A stretch of 64,000 nucleotides of DNA, taken from the NCBI GenBank assembly GCA_965215365.1, contig CBDCDS010000003.1, positions 1,184,001-1,248,000 on the forward strand, in the 5' to 3' direction. Below the pieces are notes generated by a model. It had not been told where the DNA came from. It made no database searches and worked only from the letters and a program-made list of their open reading frames with translations. The DNA comes from Gammaproteobacteria bacterium (GTDB lineage Bacteria > Pseudomonadota > Gammaproteobacteria > Eutrophobiales > Eutrophobiaceae). Shown piece by piece: positions 1 through 9,233 of the stretch. The first letter of the stretch is position 1, and each line of letters opens with the position of its first letter. The position numbers and the translations under genes are program-made.

Positions 1-106
1 GTCACAGGGTTATGGTAAATATGCGCGGCGTCAGGCCGCGCGCGCAGCTGAAAACAATCCAGCAGTGGCCGGGCCTCGGGTTTCAGGGCGCAAATGATAT
101 GCAGCA

Positions 107-931
107 TCAGGGCGCGTACCGGGCCAGCAGGGCTTCACATTCCGGTACAAATACCGGATTATTGTGTTTTCTGGCACCGTTCAGGTAAATCCTGGCCTTG
201 CTCAGCAAGGTATCGATCGCAGCCTGCCGGTCAGGGGGCGCCAGTTCCACTTCGTTGAGAATCCGTTGCAAGGCGCGGATGCGGTAGCGATCCATGCCCC
301 GATAACGCGCCGAAAGTTGATCAGCGTGTCCGCCGTACCTAGTCAGCAACGGCTCTGCGATGAACGTAACCGGCATGCGCGCGCAGATACGCAACCATAA
401 ATCGTAGTCTTCACACACCGGCAGCGTCTCATCGAACAGGCCGACCTGCTCGAAGACGCGGCGGTGTATCAGTACCGACGAAGGAGAAATGGCGCACAGG
501 GGCAGGCAACGCCTGAAGATAAAGCCGCCGTATTTTTTATGTTTACGCTGCGGGTTGACGCGGATGCCGTTACGTATCCAGATTTCATCCGTATGTACGA
601 TATTGGCGCCGGGGTCATCCTGAATGGCTCGCGCCTGCCGCTCTAGCTTACCGGGCAACCAGGCATCGTCCGCATCAAGCAACGCCAGCCAGTCACCCAC
701 GGCGGTGCAGATGCCGGCGTTCCTAGCCGCGCTCACCCCTTTATTGTCCTGTACGATCAGCCGCACGCCCGGGTAGTCACGGCACACCTGCACCCGGGTC
801 GAGTCGGTGGAGCCATCATCGACCACAATCACCTCCAAGGGTTTGAACGTCTGCGCAGACACCGAGTCCAGACACCTGGGCAACAGGTGGGAGCGATTGT
901 AAGTGGGGATGATGACGCTGATGGAAGTCAT
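107..931 (-). CDS. Glycosyltransferase family 2 protein
   Basis: SVIIPTYN, VVDDGSTD, NKGVSAARNAG, LDADD and EDYDLWLR motifs of GT2. Confidence 0.92.
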   Translation of the reverse strand: MTSISVIIPTYNRSHLLPRCLDSVSAQTFKPLEVIVVDDGSTDSTRVQVCRDYPGVRLIVQDNKGVSAARNAGICTAVGDWLALLDADDAWLPGKLERQARAIQDDPGANIVHTDEIWIRNGIRVNPQRKHKKYGGFIFRRCLPLCAISPSSVLIHRRVFEQVGLFDETLPVCEDYDLWLRICARMPVTFIAEPLLTRYGGHADQLSARYRGMDRYRIRALQRILNEVELAPPDRQAAIDTLLSKARIYLNGARKHNNPVFVPECEALLARYAP

Positions 932-937
932 GGGAGT

Positions 938-1000
938 ATCCGCAGATTAGCGCAGATTATTATGGGTGGCAAAAATATCCGCGTCAGCTGCGGATGAATA
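938..1000. repeat. Short REP-like palindromic repeat (family D: ATCCGCAGATTAGCGCAGATT / GCGTCAGCTGCGGATG)
   Basis: The same motifs recur three times at 24320-24500. Confidence 0.55.
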
Positions 1001-1041
1001 ACTCTATGATCCGTGCATCCTCTGTAGCTATACTATACCCC

Positions 1042-1797
1042 ATGACACGACTTCAGGACAAAGTAACAGTCGTCACCGGGGCGAGTTCCGGTATTGGCCG
1101 GGCGATTGCGCTGGCCTTTGCCGGGGAGGGCGCCCGGGTGGCGGTCAACTACCACAGGTCGGCGGCGCGCGCGCAGGAGGTGGTCGGGGAAATACAGAAC
1201 CTGTCCTGCCCGGTGCTGGCACTACCGGCAGATGTTGCCGACCCGCAGGCTGTCGGCGGCCTGGTGGCGGCAGTCAAGGCCGAATTCGGTCGCATCGATG
1301 TCTGGGTGAACAATGCCGGCGCCGACATTCTCACCGGCGCCGGTGCCACCATGACAGACCAACAAAAACTGTGCAGCCTGATCGAGGTCGATCTGAAAGG
1401 CACCATACAATGCAGCTGGGCCGTGGCCGAGGTCATGCAGCGCCAGGGCAACGGTGTCATCATCAATATGTCCTGGGATCAGGCCCTGCGTGGTTATCAG
1501 GGTACCAACCCGCAGATGTTCTCCGCAGTAAAAGCCGGGGTGCAAGCCTTCAGCAAGTCACTGGCCAACACCATTGCCCCATCGGTGCGGGTGAACGTAC
1601 TGGCGCCGGGCTGGATTGCCACCTCGTTTGCCACAGATCTGATGGACGAGGACTACTATCAGGCGCGCTGTGCCGAAATACCCTTGCAACGTTTCGGCAC
1701 CCCCATAGACGTAGCCGCCGCCGCAGTATTTCTGGCTTCAGACGCTTCCGCCTATATCACCGGCACAACGCTCAACGTAGGGGGCGGCGTGGCCTGA
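1042..1797 (+). CDS. SDR family oxidoreductase (catalytic Tyr position is Phe)
   Basis: TGASSGIG, VNNAG and VRVNVLAPG motifs; FSAVK instead of YxxxK; start at 1042 lies 7 nt after TATACT. Confidence 0.88.
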   Translation: MTRLQDKVTVVTGASSGIGRAIALAFAGEGARVAVNYHRSAARAQEVVGEIQNLSCPVLALPADVADPQAVGGLVAAVKAEFGRIDVWVNNAGADILTGAGATMTDQQKLCSLIEVDLKGTIQCSWAVAEVMQRQGNGVIINMSWDQALRGYQGTNPQMFSAVKAGVQAFSKSLANTIAPSVRVNVLAPGWIATSFATDLMDEDYYQARCAEIPLQRFGTPIDVAAAAVFLASDASAYITGTTLNVGGGVA

Positions 1798-1802
1798 TGC
1801 GG

Positions 1803-1890
1803 ACCGGAACAACGGGGCCTGGCAATACACTGCAAGCACGGAAAAAAGTACTGTTGCAGGATAACAACCGATGGCACCTGGGGCCGCTCA
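1803..1890 (+). pseudogene. Degenerate fragment of an FHA-domain 3' end, paralogous to 13611-13698
   Basis: Gapless alignment by eye, 71/88 nt identical (TGTTGPGNTLQARKKVLLQDNNRWHLGPL vs NGTRVNGDTLQPQEKVLLQDKDRLQLGPL). Confidence 0.75.
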
Positions 1891-1915
1891 TGCGGGATAG
1901 ACATTTGTCAGCGCC

Positions 1916-2821
1916 GTGAAGCAACGCAGTCGCGAAATCAGTATTTTCAACATGTCCGCCCTGGACCTGTTTGCCTCGGCATTGGGCGCGTTCATCCTGA
2001 TAACGCTGCTCCTGTTACCCTATTTCCCCAATCCTGATCCCGGTCCTGCACAAGAGGAGGCGGAAAAGACCCGGTCGGGAGCGGTTGCAGCAGAGACAGA
2101 AATCGAAGAACTTCGGACTGAATTGGCAGAAAGCAATGCCAGAGGGCGGGAATTGCAGGATAAATTAAAGGCTGCAAACGCCCGGCTGGAAGCGCAGCCA
2201 ACACCCACCAAGGTGGCATTTCCTCCCCTGGATTTGGTGATTGCGCTGGATACCACCGGCAGTATGCACGCACAGGTGCAAGGTCTGAAAGATGAGGTCG
2301 AACAAATTGCGCGGCTGCTTTTGAAGTTAGCGCCAAGCGTAGGCATTGGCGTGGTGGATTTCAAGGATCGTTGTGAAGGCCACAGGGCTACCCATGTCTT
2401 CCCCCTGGTTGAGATGAATAACGTCAGTATCCGCAGTTTATCCGGGTTTACCCGAGGCATTACCGCGGGTGGCTACGCCGGTTGCAACGCAGACAACGAG
2501 GAAGCCATCAACCTTGCGCTCGACCGGGCAGTTACCATGCCCTGGCGCGACCAGACAACCGTCCGGTTGATTGTCGTCATTTCGGATTATCCCGCCTACC
2601 CGGAAACACAGGCCTCCGTTTTACGGCAGGCAAGGCAGTTTGCCGCCGCGCGGGCGGGCAACCGTGTCTCAACCGTGCATGTATCAACCCGGGGTCATGC
2701 ACTCGGCATGACAGCAGGCCCCGAATTTCTGCAACGGCTGGCAGACGCGGGCAGGGGGCAGTTCGTAGGGGGCGGCGGCTCATTCACCGCCATGATATTA
2801 CTTGCCCTCGCCGATAGCTGA
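1916..2821 (+). CDS. Membrane-anchored vWA-domain protein with ExbD/TolR/MotB-like N-terminal TM helix and coiled coil
   Basis: SIFNMSALDLFASALGAFILITLLLL TM with conserved-type Asp; coiled coil; DLVIALDTTGSM MIDAS-type motif and IVVISD. Confidence 0.8.
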   Translation: MKQRSREISIFNMSALDLFASALGAFILITLLLLPYFPNPDPGPAQEEAEKTRSGAVAAETEIEELRTELAESNARGRELQDKLKAANARLEAQPTPTKVAFPPLDLVIALDTTGSMHAQVQGLKDEVEQIARLLLKLAPSVGIGVVDFKDRCEGHRATHVFPLVEMNNVSIRSLSGFTRGITAGGYAGCNADNEEAINLALDRAVTMPWRDQTTVRLIVVISDYPAYPETQASVLRQARQFAAARAGNRVSTVHVSTRGHALGMTAGPEFLQRLADAGRGQFVGGGGSFTAMILLALADS

Positions 2822-2854
2822 GACCGGCCCCTTTGTTATGGATTCATGTCCGCT

Positions 2855-3988
2855 TCAAACAAAGGCTTCCGTATCCCGCAAAAACATTTCTGCAGGGACA
2901 ATCTCTATGCCGCCCTCATGGAAATACCGGTCTCCTGAATAAACGCAAATCAATTCCGCCTCCGGGTATTCTTCCTTGAATTGCTTAAGACCCTTGAAAT
3001 TTTCACGGCGGATGCGGTTCGAGTGCTTGACCTCAATGGCTTTTAATCCACGCTCTCCATACAGCACAAAATCAACTTCCGCTCCCTGTCGGGTACGCCA
3101 GTAATAGATGCCGTAATTCCAGTGCTGGTAATCATTGCGCGCGGTAATTTCCTGCAACACCAGCGTCTCCAGGGCCGCGCCTTCTGCTTCAGCATCCGAG
3201 TCATAGGGACCCGCAGGTCGCAATGCCCGGAACACACCCGCGTCGAAAAAATAGAACTTGACACTGCGGCTCAGGTTACGTTTGGCCCTTCTGGCAAACA
3301 CCGGAATTTGATATGACACCAGGGTGTCTGTCAGGATTGAGAAATAGTTCTCCACGACTTTGCGGTTGACTGCGCAATCCCTGGCTATGGCGGATATGTT
3401 CAGCGGCGAGCCCTGTGAAAAAGATGCCGCTTCCAGAAACCGGCTGAACGCCGGCAGGTTACGCGTCAGCCCTTCCAGTTGTATCTCTTCCTGCAGGTAG
3501 GTTCGAACATAGCTTTGCAGGAACAGGTCCGGGTCAGTGGAGGTGCAAGCCATGGGTAGCTGTCCATATTTCAGCGCACGCGCCAGGTTGAAATCAGCGC
3601 CCAGTTCTGCGGCCGTGAACGGGTGCATGCGACAGGTCAGGGCGCGTCCTGCAAGCAGGTTGACATGATTGCCTCGCAGCCGGCGCGCGCTAGAGCCGGT
3701 CAGCACAAAACGAAGATGCCGGCTTTCTATCAGGCGATGAACTTCATTCAGTAACGCAGGAACCTTCTGCACCTCATCAATAATCACCCAATCGTCGAAC
3801 CCTTCCGGTATTCTGCGGGATAACCTTCCCGGCTCAGCCATGAATTCGTTGTAAAGTTGCGCTTCCAGAAGGTCAAAAAACAGCCCTTGCTTGTAGAAAT
3901 CCCCTACATAGACGCTCTTTCCGGTACCCCTTGGGCCGAAGAGAAAGTAGCTTTGGCGTGCCGGGGGAGAGAAAACTCTTGGATACAT
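2855..3988 (-). CDS. AAA_14 ATPase with C-terminal DUF4143 / PD-(D/E)xK-like domain
   Basis: GPRGTGKS Walker A, IIDEVQ Walker B, LTGSS, KFYFFDAG, YYWRT..GAEVDF, AIEVK. Confidence 0.88.
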   Translation of the reverse strand: MYPRVFSPPARQSYFLFGPRGTGKSVYVGDFYKQGLFFDLLEAQLYNEFMAEPGRLSRRIPEGFDDWVIIDEVQKVPALLNEVHRLIESRHLRFVLTGSSARRLRGNHVNLLAGRALTCRMHPFTAAELGADFNLARALKYGQLPMACTSTDPDLFLQSYVRTYLQEEIQLEGLTRNLPAFSRFLEAASFSQGSPLNISAIARDCAVNRKVVENYFSILTDTLVSYQIPVFARRAKRNLSRSVKFYFFDAGVFRALRPAGPYDSDAEAEGAALETLVLQEITARNDYQHWNYGIYYWRTRQGAEVDFVLYGERGLKAIEVKHSNRIRRENFKGLKQFKEEYPEAELICVYSGDRYFHEGGIEIVPAEMFLRDTEAFV

Positions 3989-4215
3989 GCCGACATTATA
4001 CCCATACTAACTCCATTTTTGAAATAAAATTGGCATTTATTATTCCATATTTGTTCGGCATGGAAATATTAGCCGCTAATCCGGTTTTTGACATACTTGT
4101 TTACAGCGTTAGAGTGGGAATATGCGGTGTGAGTTTTGTTCATGTGAACTTCCGACATGGGAAACGATTATTGCCTGATTGATGATGTTTTACACTTCGG
4201 TTGATTATCCTGCTG

Positions 4216-4644
4216 CTATTCCAGCCGCTGCTGTTGTTTAGGGTCCTGCTTTTTGGACCAATTCTCAATGCGCAACCCCTTTACCCGGTTAAATTCCCGA
4301 ATGTTATTCGTTACCAAGGTTGCATCAATGCTACGCGCATGTGCTGCAATCAACGTATCATTCGGCCCGATCGGCATCCCCGTCCGTTGCAATTCGGCTC
4401 TTATTTTTCCATATTCCATTGCCGCCTTGTCATCAAAGAACAACACCGACACACGCCGGCTGAAATCCAGCACATTTTCAAGATTCCTGAAACGATTCCC
4501 CGACTTTTCAACACCAAACATCAACTCTGCCAGGGTAATCGATGAAATCGCTAATTTTTGGAAATGCCGATTAAACGTTGTCTTCAATTCAACAGGACTC
4601 TCATTGATGACATAGACACATATATCAGTATCAAGCATGTACAT
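4216..4644 (-). CDS. vapC: VapC PIN-domain toxin
   Basis: YMLDTDICVY, SSITLAEL, IGPNDTLIAAHA, LVTNNIREF. Confidence 0.92.
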   Translation of the reverse strand: MYMLDTDICVYVINESPVELKTTFNRHFQKLAISSITLAELMFGVEKSGNRFRNLENVLDFSRRVSVLFFDDKAAMEYGKIRAELQRTGMPIGPNDTLIAAHARSIDATLVTNNIREFNRVKGLRIENWSKKQDPKQQQRLE

Positions 4645-4889
4645 CAGTTGAAGAATTCCCGTTTCTCATATTCCAGTTCTTCAATATCTGGTATTTGTTC
4701 ATCTACAGATAGCGGCTGTTTGGCAAAAAAGTCATCCCAACCATTTGTCTTGGGGCTGATAATCACGTTGTCGCCAAGCTTCCGGACCATGACTTCGTCA
4801 GCATCGAACCGACATTCTGCGGGCAACCTCACAGCTTGGCTACGGCCATTCATGAAGAGTTTGGCGACACTTGCAAATGTTTTCTCCAT
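4644..4889 (-). CDS. vapB: VapB (AbrB/MazE-fold) antitoxin
   Basis: AKLFMNGRSQAVRLP; stop overlaps vapC start; GAGGAG RBS upstream of ATG 4889. Confidence 0.9.
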   Translation of the reverse strand: MEKTFASVAKLFMNGRSQAVRLPAECRFDADEVMVRKLGDNVIISPKTNGWDDFFAKQPLSVDEQIPDIEELEYEKREFFN

Positions 4890-5053
4890 TATGAGACTCC
4901 TCATCTTGAAAACGGGGATTTCAGGGTTGAGCACAGTATAGCTATATTGCTGATATATATCAAATGGCATATCTCAAAAAACAGCCATTCCTGCCAAGAC
5001 AAACGCAAGGGTTCAGGCATTGTAATCTGACAGGTGGCGGGGTACACCGAAAC

Positions 5054-5218
5054 GTGATCGTTAATCTTCGCCACAAAGGTCTCAAACTCCTCTATGATAA
5101 AGGAGGCTGGCGACGGATAAACCCTGAGTACGCTGCCAGGATTGAGTCAATCCTCGCCCGACCGGATGAAGCAGTCAAGCCGGCGGACATGGACTTTCCG
5201 GGTTTTCGGCTACACCCC
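5054..5218 (+). pseudogene. Truncated HigB/RelE-family toxin
   Basis: GTG start, IVNLRHKGLKLLY...DMDFPGFRLHP matches the HigB N-terminal half, then homology ends; no higA follows. Confidence 0.7.
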
Positions 5219-5289
5219 CGCAACTGGCAATTTGGCCTGATCCGGATTTTGATATACTTACCTGCAACGTGTTATAAACGAGAACGGCG

Positions 5290-5502
5290 ATGAAAGACGC
5301 ATATACGGTTATCATTGAGAAAGATGACGATGGTTACTATGTTGGCAGCATACCCGCGTTACCAGGATGCCACACCCAAGCCAGGTCGGTTGATCATCTG
5401 ATGGAGAGAATGGAAGATGCCATTGCGCTGTGGCTTAAAGTTGAGAAGGCGCCAGACCACAGACCGCTGGAATTAGTCGGTATCCAAAGATTAGCCGTAT
5501 GA
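5290..5502 (+). CDS. hicB: HicB-family antitoxin (short form)
   Basis: YTVIIEKDDDGYYVGSIPALPGCHTQA...EDAIALWL. Confidence 0.9.
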   Translation: MKDAYTVIIEKDDDGYYVGSIPALPGCHTQARSVDHLMERMEDAIALWLKVEKAPDHRPLELVGIQRLAV

Positions 5503-5531
5503 CCAGAATGCCCCGTCTGGCGGGTAAGTAA
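5499..5531 (+). pseudogene. HicA toxin N-terminal stub (MTRMPRLAGK*)
   Basis: ATGA overlap with hicB stop; resembles HicA N-termini; stop 3 nt before the kinase ATG. Confidence 0.55.
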
Positions 5532-5534
5532 TTC

Positions 5535-6794
5535 ATGCCCGACTACCTCCACGCCCTGCCTGCCGGCTACCGCCTTGACGAATACGAACTGGTGCGGGTG
5601 CTGGGCAGTGGCGGGTTTGGCATTACCTACCTGGGCTATGACCACCACCTAGACAAAGCCGTCGCCATCAAGGAGTACCTGCCCAATGATCTGGCGGTGC
5701 GCGCTGACAATCACTCGGTGCTGCCCAAGTCCAGTCAGGACAAGGCCGATTACGAATGGGGCTTGGCACGCTTTCTCAATGAAGCGCAGACCTTAGCCCG
5801 CTTTGACCACCGGCACATTATCAAAGTCTATCGGTTCTTCCGCGCCCATGGCACCGGGTATATCGTCATGGAGTATGCCGAGGGCGAAACGCTATCGGAG
5901 GTGTTACAGCGTAAGGGGACTCTGACAGAGACCGAGTTACAAGCCCTGCTGTTTCCCATTCTGGACGGGTTGGCCGTGGTGCATGAGGCCGATGTGCTGC
6001 ACCGGGACATCAAGCCGGGGAATATTGTGATACGGGACGATGGCAGCCCGGTATTGATTGACTTCGGCTCGGCGCGTCAAGCGGTGGCGGGGAAGAGTCG
6101 CAGTGTGACGGCAATTGTGACGCCGGGGTATGCACCGATAGAGCAGTATTCAGCCAAGGGGCATCAGGGGGCCTGGACGGATATTTATGCCTTAGGGGCG
6201 GTGTGTTACCGGTGTCTGACCGGAGAGCCACCTGATGATGCAACCGAGCGCTTGCGCGATGACCCGTTAGTGCCTGCTGCTCAACGATGTAACGGCAAGG
6301 TCAGTACAGAACTACTGGAGGCCATTGACCGGGCGTTACGGGTGGAGGAGGGGGAGCGGCCGCAAAGCGTGGCGGCATGGCGGACTATGTTGGTCGGAGA
6401 TAGTGACAGCGGCCAACATATTACCGGATCTGTGCACACCCAATACAACACGACTATCGGCCCGCCGTTGAATAACAACGGCGAACACACCACCGGGCCT
6501 GTGCAGAATGCAACCTGGCAGGAGTTGCTGGACAGCTACCTGAATAACAACGGCGAACACACCACCGGGCCTGTGCAGAAGCCGGAAACACGTTCTGTCG
6601 AAGGTTCAGAGTCGGCCCATGTCGGGATGGGCGAGTTTCTGTGGGGGCTGTTTCGACCAGGTGGTCTAGGTCTGGTGATAATACTACTGTCATTGGGAGT
6701 AAGTATCTGGCAGGATCTTGGCTGGTACTCTTTGCTTGTAATGGCAGGTGTTTTTCTTTTTCTTCTTTTTCTTCGTTTTCTTCTTTTTGTGTAA
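5535..6794 (+). CDS. Hanks-type Ser/Thr protein kinase copy 1 with C-terminal membrane helices; last ~22 codons (to 9144) displaced by the IS66-type insertion
   Basis: GSGGFG, VAIKE, HRDIKPGN, DFG, TPGYAPIEQ, DIYALG; TAA stop comes from the IS end GTAA; frame resumes at 9070 as LFVFITVLMVIFKLIFRLILFLIE*. Confidence 0.92.
   Translation: MPDYLHALPAGYRLDEYELVRVLGSGGFGITYLGYDHHLDKAVAIKEYLPNDLAVRADNHSVLPKSSQDKADYEWGLARFLNEAQTLARFDHRHIIKVYRFFRAHGTGYIVMEYAEGETLSEVLQRKGTLTETELQALLFPILDGLAVVHEADVLHRDIKPGNIVIRDDGSPVLIDFGSARQAVAGKSRSVTAIVTPGYAPIEQYSAKGHQGAWTDIYALGAVCYRCLTGEPPDDATERLRDDPLVPAAQRCNGKVSTELLEAIDRALRVEEGERPQSVAAWRTMLVGDSDSGQHITGSVHTQYNTTIGPPLNNNGEHTTGPVQNATWQELLDSYLNNNGEHTTGPVQKPETRSVEGSESAHVGMGEFLWGLFRPGGLGLVIILLSLGVSIWQDLGWYSLLVMAGVFLFLLFLRFLLFV
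6469..6580 (+). repeat. 40-bp perfect direct repeat (6469-6508 and 6541-6580) in the kinase 1 linker
   Basis: TGAATAACAACGGCGAACACACCACCGGGCCTGTGCAGAA twice, 72 nt period, encoding NNNGEHTTGPVQ. Confidence 0.9.
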
Positions 6795-6829
6795 CTACTC
6801 GCCCCCTCCCTCTAATTCTACTGAATTTT

Positions 6830-6872
6830 TTGTCAAGGCGTCCTTGACAACATAGCGTCATGGCGTTATGTT
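6830..6872 (+). promoter_or_regulatory. Sigma70-type promoter of the IS-borne methyltransferase with overlapping inverted repeat
   Basis: TTGACA(6844)-17nt-TATGTT(6867), ATG 7 nt later; TTGTCAAGG-cgt-CCTTGACAA palindrome over the -35. Confidence 0.65.
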
Positions 6873-6879
6873 GGTCGTC

Positions 6880-7560
6880 ATGGGGAATGCGTACCGAGGG
6901 TCGAAAGCCACGACGGGTCTGTGCCAGCCGCTCATTGCGATGATGCCGCCGCACAGTGTGTACATTGAGACACACTTAGGCGGCGGGGCGATTATGCAGC
7001 GCAAGCCGGCGGCGTTGCGCAACATTGGGATTGATCTTGATGTGCGGGCGTTGGCGGGGTTTACGTGTGGGTATCCGGTGGAGTTGGTGCAGGGGTGTTG
7101 TCACCGCTGGTTGGCGACTTTTCCGTTTGACGGCACGGAGTTGGTGTACAGCGACCCGCCCTACCTGCACAGCACGCGCAAGTCACGGCACCGTTACCGG
7201 TATGACTACGAGGACTCAGACCATGAGGCGCTGCTGGCGTTACTGCAGGGGCTGCCCTGTGCGGTGATGGTGTCGGGGTATCCTTCGGCCTTGTATGATG
7301 AGGTGCTGGCGGGCTGGCGCAGTGTGTCCTTGCAGGTGATGAATCAGGGCGGGGTGGTGACCGAGCGGGTCTGGTTCAATTTTGTGCCGGACCGGGTGCA
7401 CTGGGTGCGCTATGCGGGGCGCAACTTCACGCACCGCCAGCAGGTCAAGCGCAAGGCTGAGAACTGGGGGCGGCGTTATCGTGACTTGCCCCCGGCCGAG
7501 CGGCTGGCGGTGCTGGCGGCGATGATGGCGGTGGAGGCACAGTGCACATGGCCACGGTGA
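6880..7560 (+). CDS. Dam/D12-class N6-adenine DNA methyltransferase (short)
   Basis: YRGSK, YIETHLGGGAI (motif I), YSDPPY (motif IV), VMVSGY. Confidence 0.82.
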   Translation: MGNAYRGSKATTGLCQPLIAMMPPHSVYIETHLGGGAIMQRKPAALRNIGIDLDVRALAGFTCGYPVELVQGCCHRWLATFPFDGTELVYSDPPYLHSTRKSRHRYRYDYEDSDHEALLALLQGLPCAVMVSGYPSALYDEVLAGWRSVSLQVMNQGGVVTERVWFNFVPDRVHWVRYAGRNFTHRQQVKRKAENWGRRYRDLPPAERLAVLAAMMAVEAQCTWPR

Positions 7561-9065
7561 ACAAGGCCTCATTGCGTGCGGAGTTCGAGGCCATCCGAAT
7601 GCGTTTTAAGGCGTTGTGCGCCGACGGCGCGCTGAGTCCCGAAGGGCGTGCGCTGTTCGAGTCGATGTTGCTGCTATTCGAGTTGCTGCTGGCGGTGTTC
7701 TTAGAGAAGACCACACCGAAGGGGGCGCACAACTCCAGCCTGCCCAGTTCCCGCACCGACCCCGATGACAGTGCGCGCACACGGCCCGGCAAGCAGGGCA
7801 AGGGGCCGCAGACCGGGACGGTGCCCAGCGCGTCCCGGCGCGTGGTGGCTCAGACCCGCACGGTGCCCGTGACCGGCTGCCGGGCCTGCGGGCATGATCT
7901 CAAAGGCACCGCCCCCACCGGCCATGTGCGACGAGTCAAGGTCGATATAGTCTTCGAGACGACCGAGTTGACCATTGACGCCGAGATAAAAACCTGTCCG
8001 CGCTGTGGCACTGAGACCCACGGGGCGTTTCCCGATGACATGCCGGGGCCTTTACAATACGGCCCTGGCATCGTGGCTTTCGCCACGCACCTGTTAACGG
8101 CCCAAATGCTCTCGCTCAAACGTACGGCGCAGACACTTCATGCACTGACCGGGCGCGCCGTCGCCGAGGCGACCTTACTGGCCTGGCTCACGCGGGTGCA
8201 TGAGGCCCTGGCCGGGTGGGAGCGGGCGGCTATCGCCCGCCTGCTCACAGAGCCCGTGCTGCACGCCGATGAGACCTCCTTGCGCATCGACCGCACACAA
8301 CACTGGCTGCACAGCACCAGTGCCGGGAACCTGGTACTGAAACACTGCCACCGCAAGCGGGGCGGGGACGCCCTCAAGGACATCGGCATCGTCCCCCGCT
8401 ACGGCGGTGTTCTCGTGCACGACCGCTGGGCCAGCTACTTCGCCTATGACAACTGCGAGCATGCCCTGTGCGGCAGTCACCTGTTGCGTAACTTGGCCTT
8501 TATCGAGGACGCCCACGGCCATGCCTGGGCCCAACGTATGAGCCGCCTCCTGCTCAAGACCTGCCGACAGGTGCGCACACATAAAAACAAGGCACTCAGC
8601 GAGACCGACTACCAGTCCCTGCGCACCCGCTACCGGACTATCCTGACACAAGCCAAACGGGAACTCCCCACACCCCCGAAACGGCTCACCGGCCAACGCG
8701 GACGGATTGCCCAATGTGAGGCACAAAACCTCCATGATGCCCTCGTCAAGTACGAAACCGAAGTCCTCCGCTTCGCCCGCGACCCCAACGTGCCGTTCAC
8801 CAACAACCGCGCCGAACGCGATATCCGTATGGCTAAAGTCAAACAAAAAGTCTCCGGCTGCTTCCGAACCACCGCCTACGCCGACACCTACTGCCGCATC
8901 TCCAGCTACTTGCAGTCTATGACCCTGAAGGGCTACAATCCCCTCGCCGCCATCGAGATAGCACTCAAGGGAGACGCCGCCACCATGGTGGAAAAACCGC
9001 TCAAAAATAAAACGGTTAAGAAAAACCAGATCAGAACAAGAGATCAGGGTAAGGGGGGCGAGTAG
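7548..9065 (+). CDS. IS66-family DDE transposase (TnpC-like)
   Basis: NSSLPSS, CxxCG zinc motifs, LHADET, LVHDRW, ALCGSHLLRNL, FTNNRAERDIR; GGAGG RBS. Confidence 0.92.
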   Translation: MATVNKASLRAEFEAIRMRFKALCADGALSPEGRALFESMLLLFELLLAVFLEKTTPKGAHNSSLPSSRTDPDDSARTRPGKQGKGPQTGTVPSASRRVVAQTRTVPVTGCRACGHDLKGTAPTGHVRRVKVDIVFETTELTIDAEIKTCPRCGTETHGAFPDDMPGPLQYGPGIVAFATHLLTAQMLSLKRTAQTLHALTGRAVAEATLLAWLTRVHEALAGWERAAIARLLTEPVLHADETSLRIDRTQHWLHSTSAGNLVLKHCHRKRGGDALKDIGIVPRYGGVLVHDRWASYFAYDNCEHALCGSHLLRNLAFIEDAHGHAWAQRMSRLLLKTCRQVRTHKNKALSETDYQSLRTRYRTILTQAKRELPTPPKRLTGQRGRIAQCEAQNLHDALVKYETEVLRFARDPNVPFTNNRAERDIRMAKVKQKVSGCFRTTAYADTYCRISSYLQSMTLKGYNPLAAIEIALKGDAATMVEKPLKNKTVKKNQIRTRDQGKGGE

Positions 9066-9233
9066 TTACCTTTTTGTTTTTATAACAGTCTTAATGGTAA
9101 TTTTTAAGTTGATCTTTAGGTTAATCTTATTCCTTATAGAGTAAGAGATGCGTTGATACTAAATGAGAGTAGTGAGGTGTCATAATCGCGGTTGTATTTC
9201 TGTATTTTTGAAAACTCCCAGTATTCGGAATAC

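Larger units (their letters stand above)
6791..9069 (+). mobile_element. IS66-family element (single transposase) carrying a DNA adenine methyltransferase
   Basis: Terminal IRs GTAACTACTCGCCCCC / GGGGGCGAGTAGTTAC; 8-bp TSD CTTTTTGT at 6783-6790 and 9070-9077. Confidence 0.93.

Noticed and set aside
4201-4225. Resemblance to the family-A MITE interior (MIILLLF frame)
   Set aside because: About 20 nt with mismatches and no terminal repeat; likely chance
6469-6580. Mini CRISPR array (40-bp repeat with 32-bp spacer)
   Set aside because: Only two repeats, in frame inside a CDS, not palindromic, and no cas genes
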